A stretch of DNA of 64,000 bases, taken from assembly GCA_021735645.1 (NCBI GenBank), contig JAIPGP010000004.1, forward strand, positions 3,225-67,224, in the 5' to 3' direction. This document shows positions 54,565 through 63,321 of the stretch, one piece after another; the first letter of the stretch is position 1; the number at the start of each line of letters is the position of its first letter. This stretch comes from Candidatus Cloacimonadota bacterium (GTDB taxonomy: Bacteria; Cloacimonadota; Cloacimonadia; Cloacimonadales; TCS61). Under the pieces are notes generated by a model that was given only the letters and a program-made list of their open reading frames with translations, made no database searches and was not told the DNA's origin. The position numbers and the translations under genes are program-made.

Positions 54565-55749
54565 ATGGAAAATAAATACTACAAAAGAAATGTAAAAGTA
54601 TTTCTTTATTATAAGTTTTTTAATAATATGCTGATAATCGGTCCAGTGCTGATGCTTTTTCTGCTTTGGAAGGGGCTTAGTTATACCAATATCATGGTGC
54701 TGCAATCGCTATCTGCTTTGTCTGTGCTATTATTTGAAGTTCCTACCGGGATAGTTTCTGATAAGATCACGCGGCATCTGGCCTTGTTTATGGGCAGTCT
54801 TTTATGCTTTATGGGGCTTCTGCTTTATATTTTGGGACACTGTTTTTTTGTTTTTGCGGTTGCTGAGATAGTTTTTGGACTGGGTATGACCTTCACGAGC
54901 GGTTCTGATACTTCACTGCTTTATGAGAGTCTGGTAAAACTGGACAGAAAAAAGGAATATCAGACCATTCTGGGAAAATCCATGTCAATAATGTTCATAG
55001 GTCAGGGTATTGGGGCAGTTATCAGCAGTCTTTTATATAAGATCAATCCGTTGATTCCTTTTATAATCAGTCTGGGATTTTTGATAGTTGCTATGGTCAC
55101 TTCCACTTTTTTCAAAGATCAGGGCAGACATAAATCTACCGGCAACTACCTGAGCCATATTATTCACAGCGGCAGGGAAGTATTTACCAAAAAGCGAATA
55201 CTCTGGGCACTTGGTTTTGCGGTTATTATGGGAATAGCCAGTCGCTGCAGTTTCTGGCTTTATCAGCCCTATTTTGAGGTGATAAAGCTTGATGTAGCCT
55301 GGTTTGGAGTGGCATTTCTGTTCTTCAATATTGCCGCTGCTTCCTCGTCTCATTATCTGGTGAAAAAATTTAAAGATGTGCGACCACGACGTTTGCTGCT
55401 GGTTCTGCTATTTATTATGGGCATATCATTTTTGGTTCCGGCACTTCATCCGGCGATATTTCTGATACCTGTTTTTGCATTGCAGCAGTTTGTTCGCGGA
55501 TTGTATAATCCCACCATGAGCTTTTATATTAATCATCAGGTGGAAGATCACAACCGGGCGACCGTAAGCTCAATGGTGAGCATGGCAGCCTGCCTGGGAT
55601 TTGCCATCTTCTCCCCCATCAGCGGACACTGGCTGGATACGATTGGGGCAATTCCCACCTATTTCCGTATGACCTGGTTCTCCTGGAGCGGATTTGTGCT
55701 GCTCTTCATATTCTGGAGGTGGCATAAACTGGCAAAGAAAAAGAAATAG
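54565..55749 (+). CDS. MFS-family transporter
   Basis: 394 aa with about 12 TM helices and a loop 2-3 motif-like GIVSDKITRH. Confidence 0.8.
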   Translation: MENKYYKRNVKVFLYYKFFNNMLIIGPVLMLFLLWKGLSYTNIMVLQSLSALSVLLFEVPTGIVSDKITRHLALFMGSLLCFMGLLLYILGHCFFVFAVAEIVFGLGMTFTSGSDTSLLYESLVKLDRKKEYQTILGKSMSIMFIGQGIGAVISSLLYKINPLIPFIISLGFLIVAMVTSTFFKDQGRHKSTGNYLSHIIHSGREVFTKKRILWALGFAVIMGIASRCSFWLYQPYFEVIKLDVAWFGVAFLFFNIAAASSSHYLVKKFKDVRPRRLLLVLLFIMGISFLVPALHPAIFLIPVFALQQFVRGLYNPTMSFYINHQVEDHNRATVSSMVSMAACLGFAIFSPISGHWLDTIGAIPTYFRMTWFSWSGFVLLFIFWRWHKLAKKKK

Positions 55750-55957
55750 GTTTTTCATAAGATATCCAACCAGATAAATTACCTAACGGTTGTACTTGCG
55801 TAACGAGTGGCAACCATTGCGAAGGTTTAGCAACCATTCGCAAGGTTTAACTTGCTGGTTACTTTACAGGCATCCCCCTGCTTTATTTACTAATAACAAC
55901 ATGTAACACGCTAATTAATATAGATTTACAGGTTATTATTTCTTGAAATTGTTCTTT

Positions 55958-56142
55958 ACCCTGAAAGGGTTGTACTATAGTAGCCATGGGTGAAACCCAT
56001 GGAAAAATGAACGAAAAAAATTCCCACCCTTCCTGCTTTGGGCGGAGCCGAAAACAGGAAGGGTGGGAATTTATGTGGTTTTGGGTCGATGGGTTAAAAC
56101 CCATGGCTATTAGGCTTCGCCGTAGTTACACCCTTTCAGGGT
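55958..56142. repeat. 185-bp nested palindromic element with a central 15-bp GC-rich hairpin
   Basis: Outer pair ACCCTGAAAGGGT (55958-55970) / ACCCTTTCAGGGT (56130-56142). Inner pair CCATGGGTGAAACCCATGG (55984-56002) / GATGGGTTAAAACCCATGG (56088-56106). Centre TTCCCACCCTTCCTG-N19-CAGGAAGGGTGGGAA (56021-56069), flanked by A7 and TTTATGTGGTTTT, so terminator-like on both strands. Confidence 0.85.
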
Positions 56143-56258
56143 GAAGATGAAAACAAAACCCTGAGAAATTACGGGGGGATGCGAACTTGTTACTTTATAG
56201 TTGACAAGTATTTTCCGTCTGGCATTAATAGTACATTCAATATTATAGAGAGGCGGAA

Positions 56259-59200
56259 ATGAGTAAGTTGGTGTTTTTTTTAGTATTATTTGTATCAACA
56301 GTTATTTTGTGGGGCACTATTATTAACATTCCAGCAGACTATCCATCAATTCAGGAAGGGATTTATGCAGCAGTAAACTTTGATACTGTGCTGGCAGCTC
56401 CCGGAACTTATATTGAGAATATAGATTTTGAAGGTAAGGCGATCACAGTAGGTTCCTGGTATCATACTACCCAGGATACGAGTAATATATCTCAGACGAT
56501 CATTGATGGTGATCAGAATGGAAGCGTGGTCATAATAGATAATGTGGAAGATTCTACAGCAGTATTAACCGGCTTCACGATTACTAATGGAAATGCCATC
56601 CAGGGCGGGGGGATATATTGCAACGAATCTACGGTGATTTTCAACAATCTGAAGATCAATGCAAACCAGGGTCATAATGGAGGTGGAGTTTATGCTAGAT
56701 TCTCAGATATCAATCTGGAAAATCTTACAGTAGCAGATAATACCAGTGAATGGAGTGGTGGAGGAATTCAAATAGATGATTCCAGTTTGGAGGCAGTAAA
56801 TCTTGTAATTACTGGTAATCAGGCAGAAAGTTATGGAGGAGGAGTTTACCTCGGTTATGTATCTGGAGACAACTTTTCTAATATAACAATAGCAGATAAT
56901 TTCTCTGATATATACGGTGGTGGATTTTTTTGCAGTAGCTGTGATCTGGTTTTCAGTAATTTAACTATCAGGGATAATTCAACTCCTGGTGAAGGAGGGG
57001 GGATATTTATATCTGATGCCCTGCTTTGCAGCTTCAGTAGTGAAAACCGCTGTAATATTTATAGTAATCGGATAAGTGGCAGAGGAAGAGGGAGTGATAT
57101 CTATTCTACCGACTTTATAGAAGTGATAGTTGATACTTTTACCGTTCTGGAGCCAGGCGATTTTCATGCTTCCCCACTGGAATACTTCAGCTTTGATATA
57201 CTGCACGGAGCTTGTGAACAAGTTGAAGCTGATCTTTATGTTTCCCCGGAAGGTGATAATGGCAATAGCGGTTTAACCCCTGAAGAGCCTTTAAAAACCA
57301 TCCAATACGCCTGCACAATAATCCAGGCAGACGTCTGGAATCACCGCACGATTTTTCTGGCGGGAGGTATCTATAGCCCTTCCACAAACCAGGAATGCTT
57401 TCCGGTGTGTCCACCCTCTTTTGTATCATTGATCGGAGAAGATGTATGTACAGTGATACTCGATGCAGAAAATACTGCTGGAGTAATAGCACTTGATTAT
57501 CTGGAAGATATTACGCTCAGTAATATGACAATCACCCACGGACTATCCGGTTGCGGAGGAGGAATAAATGCCCAATGGTGCGATCCTGTAATAGAAAATG
57601 TGATTATCACAGAGAATACAGCACATTCCGGGGGAGGAATTTACTGTATGCATGCTAATCCCATAATAGCGAGTGTGAGAGTTACAAATAATGTTTCAAC
57701 TTCCGGTACCGGCGGTGGTGGCGGGATGCTGTTCTGCTACTCTATTCCGTTGTTATCTGATGCAATAATTGAAAACAATTCAGCATTGGGATTTGCTGGA
57801 AAAGGTGGCGGTATTTATTTGGATGTGAATGCTCATGCCAATATGGAAAATGTTGTCATCAGGAATAATTTTGCCACTTTGAAAGGAGGAGGCTTATCCT
57901 GTTGGCATTCAGATCCCCTGATGGCAAATGTGACAATTTCGGATAATACTGCTGGAGAATACGGCGGGGGTATGAATTGTGAATTCTCTGGTCCTGCCTT
58001 CAATCTGGAAAATCTCTGTAATATATATTGTAACAGCACAACCAGCAACGGTAATGGAATGGATTTATATACTAATCACTTTTTATATGTCAATGTTGAT
58101 ACATTTACGGTGATAAATCCCTCAGCTTATTACGCCGCTCCAGGTAATGATTACAATTTTTCTATATTACATGGGAAACTGGAACAAGTTGATGCTGATC
58201 TATATGTTTCACCGACTGGTAATGATGAAAACAGCGGTTTGACAGTTGAAGAGCCTATGAAAACAATAAGGTATGCCAGTAATCTAATTTATGCAGATAT
58301 AGATGATCTTCATATCATTCATCTTTTGCAAGGAGTTTACAGTCCCTCGAGTAATGGTGAATCTTTTCCGGTGGAACTACCGGATTATATTTCTCTCATT
58401 GGTGTTGGGCGGGAAGAAGTGATACTTGATGCTGAAGACAGCACCAGAGTGATAAATTCCATAGGTAATGATCAGGTACTTTATAGCAATTTCACAGTCA
58501 CAAATGGCAATGAAAATCATGGCGGAGGGATATATTGCCTGGGTTCTGAAGCCGTTTTTGAAAATCTGAGGATAACCGGCAATACTGCCAATAGTGGTGG
58601 TGGAATCTCCTGCACTGACTCGAATCCTGTTTTTAGTAATATTGTGATAGAAGATAACTCAGTCTCATTATATGGAGGAGGAATTTCCTGCAGTTCCTCA
58701 AGTATAGAACTATCCGATGTGATAATCAGAAATAATACTGCAGATAGATATGGTGGAGGGCTTAACTGTTTAAATATGACGCTGGTTCTGGAGCATGTTA
58801 CAATTGCCGATAATACCAGTCAGGAAATTGGAGGCGGAATTCGCAGCTACAATTCCGAACTGCACTTTAATGCGGATAACCGCTGCAATATTTATAATAA
58901 TTTCAGTCATGTCTTATGTGGAAATGATATTTATTCCAATGAGGATTTTACGGTATATGTAGATACTTTCACTGTATATTATCCTAATGAAAGGCAGGCA
59001 ACCCCATATGAGAATTTTCATTTTTCTATACAGCACGGCTATCATGCCCAAGTGTTTGAGGATCTTTATGTTTCGCCGGAGGGTGATAATACCAATAGCG
59101 GACTTGATGCTGAACATCCCTTAAAAACGATAATTTATGCCAGTACGATTATGTTAACCGGCTGGACTCATCATACAATTTATCTCGGTGCAGGAATATA

Positions 59201-60296
59201 TAGTCCTTCTGCTAATGGTGAATTTTTCCCTGTTTCCCTGCCGCCTAATGTTTCTTTGGCAGGAGTGGATAGAGATGAGGTGATACTTGATCCTGAAGGT
59301 CAATCTGCTGCAATCCGGCTTATTGATAATAATAATAATGCCACTATAAGTAATTTAACAATAACTAATAGCCAGGGAGGGCATGGCGGAGGCATTGTCT
59401 GCGAAAGTTGTGATCCTGTAATATCCAATGTGACTATTAAGAATTCTTATGCTGCCTGGGGTGGCGGAATATATTGTTATTGGTCTAATGCAGAATTAAA
59501 GAATATTCTGATCCAGAATTGCAGTGGAATATATGGAGGAGCAATCCATCTGGAACATTCTTCACCTTTTATCACAAATCTGACAATCGCAGATAATACT
59601 GCTTCTTTGTACGCCGGGGGTATATATCTGCAGAGTTTCAGCAATCCAATTCTGATTAATTCCATTTTATGGGGTAATCAGCCCCAGCAAATTGTTATGA
59701 GGGATAATGGCTATCAAAGCTTTATGGTAATTGCCAATAATGATCTGGAAAATGGAATTGAAGCCATTGAAATCCTGGGTTCAGGAGAGCTGGTAAACTT
59801 GAATGGCAATCTAAATGAAGACCCCATGTTTTGCTGTCCTATGCTGGGGAATTATGCTTTGAGTGAGGAATCACCCTGTATTGATGCAGGAACTGCCTTT
59901 TTCGAGTTTGATAATGACGTTTTTCTTGATCTTAATGAGAATGAGTATTACGGAACAGCACCTGATATGGGAGCTTTTGAATATGGCATGGTGGAGATCG
60001 ACGAAGTCGTAATTGAAAATGAAAAATTGAAAATTGAAAATTACCCCAATCCGTTCAATCCGGAAACACAAATAGTATTTAATTTACCGGAATCTGAAAA
60101 AGTATATCTATCAGTCTATAACCTGAAGGGGCAGCTTGTGCGGGTGCTGGCAGACGATGTTTTACCGGCTGGAGAGAACTGTCTGTACTGGGATAGCAGG
60201 AATGAGATGGGTAGAATTGTGAGTTCAGGAGTATATCTGGTGCGTTTGCAGAGTGGAAAAGCAAATGTGATGAGAAAGATAATGCTTATCAAATAA
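56259..60296 (+). CDS. surface protein with three tandem right-handed beta-helix (pectate-lyase-fold) modules and a T9SS C-terminal sorting domain
   Basis: 1345 aa with a signal anchor. Many GGG(I/V)Y/NxT beta-helix rungs. Three DUF1565-like entry motifs, (A/E)DLYVSP(E/T)G(D/N)(N/D)xNSGL...P(L/M)KTI.YA, start at nt 57228, 58194 and 59058. C-terminus NYPNPFNPETQIVFNL...VYNLKGQLV...WDSRN...GVYLVRLQSG. Confidence 0.8.
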   Translation: MSKLVFFLVLFVSTVILWGTIINIPADYPSIQEGIYAAVNFDTVLAAPGTYIENIDFEGKAITVGSWYHTTQDTSNISQTIIDGDQNGSVVIIDNVEDSTAVLTGFTITNGNAIQGGGIYCNESTVIFNNLKINANQGHNGGGVYARFSDINLENLTVADNTSEWSGGGIQIDDSSLEAVNLVITGNQAESYGGGVYLGYVSGDNFSNITIADNFSDIYGGGFFCSSCDLVFSNLTIRDNSTPGEGGGIFISDALLCSFSSENRCNIYSNRISGRGRGSDIYSTDFIEVIVDTFTVLEPGDFHASPLEYFSFDILHGACEQVEADLYVSPEGDNGNSGLTPEEPLKTIQYACTIIQADVWNHRTIFLAGGIYSPSTNQECFPVCPPSFVSLIGEDVCTVILDAENTAGVIALDYLEDITLSNMTITHGLSGCGGGINAQWCDPVIENVIITENTAHSGGGIYCMHANPIIASVRVTNNVSTSGTGGGGGMLFCYSIPLLSDAIIENNSALGFAGKGGGIYLDVNAHANMENVVIRNNFATLKGGGLSCWHSDPLMANVTISDNTAGEYGGGMNCEFSGPAFNLENLCNIYCNSTTSNGNGMDLYTNHFLYVNVDTFTVINPSAYYAAPGNDYNFSILHGKLEQVDADLYVSPTGNDENSGLTVEEPMKTIRYASNLIYADIDDLHIIHLLQGVYSPSSNGESFPVELPDYISLIGVGREEVILDAEDSTRVINSIGNDQVLYSNFTVTNGNENHGGGIYCLGSEAVFENLRITGNTANSGGGISCTDSNPVFSNIVIEDNSVSLYGGGISCSSSSIELSDVIIRNNTADRYGGGLNCLNMTLVLEHVTIADNTSQEIGGGIRSYNSELHFNADNRCNIYNNFSHVLCGNDIYSNEDFTVYVDTFTVYYPNERQATPYENFHFSIQHGYHAQVFEDLYVSPEGDNTNSGLDAEHPLKTIIYASTIMLTGWTHHTIYLGAGIYSPSANGEFFPVSLPPNVSLAGVDRDEVILDPEGQSAAIRLIDNNNNATISNLTITNSQGGHGGGIVCESCDPVISNVTIKNSYAAWGGGIYCYWSNAELKNILIQNCSGIYGGAIHLEHSSPFITNLTIADNTASLYAGGIYLQSFSNPILINSILWGNQPQQIVMRDNGYQSFMVIANNDLENGIEAIEILGSGELVNLNGNLNEDPMFCCPMLGNYALSEESPCIDAGTAFFEFDNDVFLDLNENEYYGTAPDMGAFEYGMVEIDEVVIENEKLKIENYPNPFNPETQIVFNLPESEKVYLSVYNLKGQLVRVLADDVLPAGENCLYWDSRNEMGRIVSSGVYLVRLQSGKANVMRKIMLIK

Positions 60297-60323
60297 AAAA
60301 AAGGTCATCACTTAAGATGACCT
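60296..60323 (-). terminator. Rho-independent terminator of rpsA
   Basis: Minus strand: AGGTCATC TTAAGT GATGACCT followed by T8. Confidence 0.75.
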
Positions 60324-60352
60324 CTATATAAAAATCTATATTATCTGCTTAA

Positions 60353-61981
60353 TTATAAGGCATTAAACGGATTATCTTCATCTACTTCGTCTTTTTTATC
60401 ATGCTTGTAGCTCTGCCAGTCATTGTCCCGGCCTCGATCGCGATCACGTCCACCGTCACGTCCACCGTCACGTCCACCGTCACGAGAATCTCTCTTTTCT
60501 GTTTCGGGCATGTCTGTGGGTTCCAAAGATATTCTTCTACTGTCAATATCCACTCTTGAAACTCTCACGCTTACTGTTTCACCAATATTTTCCTTGGTAT
60601 AAGTGAGATTTGCCATCTTCATTTTACTGTTCGGCAATAAACCCGTAACGCCTTCAGAGATTTTGATAAAGGTGCCAAAATTTGCTACATTCTCTATCAC
60701 ACCGTCAATCACATCATTTACTCTGATCACATCATCAATAGATTCCCAGGGGTCTGGCTGCAATGCCTTTAAGGAAAGAGATACTTTCCGTTCAGCAGGA
60801 CGCACTTTTAGCACCTGAACTTCAACAATGTCACCCGGTTTGAGAATATCATTGGCATTTACAACGCGGCGGTTTCTATCCATTTCGGAAATCGGGATCA
60901 AGCCTTCTACGCCGGGCTGAATTTCCACAAAAGAGCCAAAGGGCAGATTGCGTAATACGCGACACTTGATAGTTGAACCCTCTTCCAGTTCGGCAAGCAC
61001 TAAATCAGTAGGATCAGGAGTCATTGCCTTAAAACTGAGAGAGACTTTATCACCCTTTAAGCGAATGATCTTGGCTTCTACATCTTCACCAATGTTAACC
61101 ATATCAGAAGGAGATTCCACCCGTCTGTGTGCAAATTCAGAAATATGCAGCAGTCCTTCCAGACCACCAATATCAATGAATGCACCAAAATTAGTCAATC
61201 GCACTACTTTACCGGTAATGATGTCACCAATCTGGATTTTGGAAAGCGTCATTTCTTTCTGCTGCTTTTCTGCTTCTTCCAGAATAGCGCGGCGTGAAAG
61301 AACTATGTTTTTACCTTTTTCTGAAAAATCTATCACCCGGAAATCAAAATCATTGCTCAGGTACACTTTGTAGTCAGGAACCATCTTGTTACTGATCTGG
61401 CTAAGCGGACAAAATGCTCTAATCCCGGAAACATCAACCAGCAAGCCACCTTTGATCATACTGATCACTTTTCCAGCCACAGGTATCTTCTGGTCATAAG
61501 CTTCACGCAGGATGTGAAGATTTACACCAATCAAACTGCGGGATATACAAGTTTCAGTGTCTGAATATTTAGAAATGTATCCAGATAAATTGTCTCCGAC
61601 TTTGTACTTTAGTGCACCGGTTTTATCGGCGAACTCACTTTTATCAGCGTAAGCATCACGCTTACCGCCTAAAGTAACAAAGATAAACGAATCTGTGATA
61701 TTAATGATCTCGCCAGTAACTTTGTCACCAATCTGGTGATCTGTGATACCAGCCAGTGATTTTTCCAGCATTTCATCATAATCGTCGTCAGAATCGTTGT
61801 CTTCAGTCTCGTCTTCTGTTTCTTCGATTTCTTCTAATTCAGGTTCTACAACTTCATCGCTCTTAATTGGTTCTTCTTTCTCTTCCGTTTCTACCGCTTC
61901 CGCAGGAACGGACTTCTCTTCGATAGTAACTTCTTCTGCCATTGGCATCTCTTCCTCTCGGATTTCATTGTCTTTTTCCAT
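60353..61981 (-). CDS. rpsA: 30S ribosomal protein S1 with acidic N-terminal extension and RDGG-repeat tail
   Basis: 542 aa with repeated S1/OB motifs (GDKVTGEIINITDSFIFV, VAGKVISMIKGGLLVDV, ITGKVVRLTNFGAFIDIGGLEGLLHISE, IKCRVLRNLPFGSFVEI, VEVQVLKV, IDGVIENVANFGTFIKI). The N-terminal ~75 aa are E/D-rich. The C-terminus is RDGGRDGGRDGGRDRDRGRD. Confidence 0.9.
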   Translation of the reverse strand: MEKDNEIREEEMPMAEEVTIEEKSVPAEAVETEEKEEPIKSDEVVEPELEEIEETEDETEDNDSDDDYDEMLEKSLAGITDHQIGDKVTGEIINITDSFIFVTLGGKRDAYADKSEFADKTGALKYKVGDNLSGYISKYSDTETCISRSLIGVNLHILREAYDQKIPVAGKVISMIKGGLLVDVSGIRAFCPLSQISNKMVPDYKVYLSNDFDFRVIDFSEKGKNIVLSRRAILEEAEKQQKEMTLSKIQIGDIITGKVVRLTNFGAFIDIGGLEGLLHISEFAHRRVESPSDMVNIGEDVEAKIIRLKGDKVSLSFKAMTPDPTDLVLAELEEGSTIKCRVLRNLPFGSFVEIQPGVEGLIPISEMDRNRRVVNANDILKPGDIVEVQVLKVRPAERKVSLSLKALQPDPWESIDDVIRVNDVIDGVIENVANFGTFIKISEGVTGLLPNSKMKMANLTYTKENIGETVSVRVSRVDIDSRRISLEPTDMPETEKRDSRDGGRDGGRDGGRDRDRGRDNDWQSYKHDKKDEVDEDNPFNAL

Positions 61982-62064
61982 CTAAACACTCCCAGTTCTA
62001 TATTTACTTAATATTTTCGAGTTTAAGACAAAAACATTTCACCATTTATGGTGTCCAGTACTTT

Positions 62065-63312
62065 TTATGTTTTCAGCTTTTTCTTTTCCGCAGCCGGAAA
62101 AAGGATGTTGTTAAGGATCAATCTGTAGCCTGGAGAATTCTTATGCATATCAAGTACTGTCTCGGGGTCTCCAATCCGGTGCTGGTAATCTTCCGGGTCA
62201 TGTCCTCCATAAAAAGTGAAGGTTCCTTTGCCATAATTACCATGCAGATATTTCACTTCATCAGCTCCCGGTACTTCGCCCAGAATAATCACACTTTTTT
62301 TTACAAAACGCTTGTGAAAGGAAGTCGTCTGACCTAAAAAACCATTTACGGCATTCGTGTGGCATTGCGTTAGCATCGTGGGTACCGGATCATATTTAGC
62401 AGAAAAATCAAAAAGCTGAAAATAATCCTGCTCAGCTCCCCGCAATTTGGCATAATCACTGGCATCTATGGAACTGAATTCATATTGATAGGGATTTGTG
62501 ATCAGGGTGAAATTCTCAAATGCCAGACATCGGTCATAATTCAGTTTCGACTTATAATTCGGGTCTATTCCATCACCATCAAATACCTGATCAACCGCAT
62601 CTACATCTCCCAAAGCCTGCGCTACATCATAACTGTCACAGGCGGCACACATGGCAAAAAGAAAACCTCCTTTCTGCACAAAATCCTTGATTTTGTCTGT
62701 GACAGCATGCTTCATCTGCCACACTTTCTTATAACCCAGCCGAGCTGCCAGATCCACATTGTTCTGCAAATCTTCTTGATACCAGGGCGCATTCCGGTAG
62801 CTGGCATAAAACTTGCCAAACTGTCCCGTGAAATCTTCGTGATGCAAATGCAGCCAGTCATATTCATCCAGCTTTCCAGCCAAAACCTCCGCATCCCACA
62901 AAGTTTCATACTCTATCTGAGCATAAGTGAGAGCTAAAGTAACCGCATCATCCCAGGGCTCTTCACTGGGTGGAACATATACTGCTATTTTCGGTTCTTT
63001 CTCCAGCATCACTGCATCCATATTGGAATTCTGTATTTCAGACATAATCTGCACTTCCTCAGCTGCATTAACCGTTTCATAGGTAACACCCCTGATATTG
63101 CAAAGACTTTGGATATTATAAGAATCCGGCATCAGCCATGATCCACCGCGGTAATTCAATAACCACTTGACAGAGATTTCTTCCTGAAGAGCAGCAAATG
63201 CCACTCCATAAGCTTTTAAATGATTATTTTGAGTATTATCCATCGGAATCAGGATGGAACCATTTATTATTCCTGCCAATATTAGAATTAATATTATTAA
63301 TTTACTTCTCAT
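62065..63312 (-). CDS. conserved secreted protein of unknown function
   Basis: 415 aa with signal peptide MRSKLIILILILAGIINGS. The PMDNTQNNHLKAYGVAFAAL block recalls an FCB-group family that I remember as often labelled asparagine synthetase B; that label is unverified. Possible nucleophile-elbow-like FLFAMCAACDSYD. Confidence 0.55.
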   Translation of the reverse strand: MRSKLIILILILAGIINGSILIPMDNTQNNHLKAYGVAFAALQEEISVKWLLNYRGGSWLMPDSYNIQSLCNIRGVTYETVNAAEEVQIMSEIQNSNMDAVMLEKEPKIAVYVPPSEEPWDDAVTLALTYAQIEYETLWDAEVLAGKLDEYDWLHLHHEDFTGQFGKFYASYRNAPWYQEDLQNNVDLAARLGYKKVWQMKHAVTDKIKDFVQKGGFLFAMCAACDSYDVAQALGDVDAVDQVFDGDGIDPNYKSKLNYDRCLAFENFTLITNPYQYEFSSIDASDYAKLRGAEQDYFQLFDFSAKYDPVPTMLTQCHTNAVNGFLGQTTSFHKRFVKKSVIILGEVPGADEVKYLHGNYGKGTFTFYGGHDPEDYQHRIGDPETVLDMHKNSPGYRLILNNILFPAAEKKKLKT

Positions 63313-63321
63313 TTTTACCTC

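Noticed and set aside
54335-54595. Track ORF 54335..54595 (+), 86 aa, with HSVYNVHSVYNVHS repeats
   Set aside because: The repeat peptide is the in-frame reading of the 9-bp array (a period divisible by 3). There is no SD, and it overlaps the MFS gene start region.
55883-56298. Track ORFs 55883..56104 (-) and 56110..56298 (-)
   Set aside because: They lie within the nested palindromic element and the promoter region of the beta-helix gene. Their openness is a by-product of the palindrome.
60430-60480. 12-bp x3 tandem repeat (CGTCCACCGTCA) as another non-coding array
   Set aside because: It is inside rpsA and encodes the RDGG tail. Its period of 12 and its coding context distinguish it from the intergenic 9-bp arrays.
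60948-61373. 141-aa antisense ORF within rpsA
   Set aside because: It is opposite a CDS with six clear S1 domains and has an S-rich low-complexity translation.
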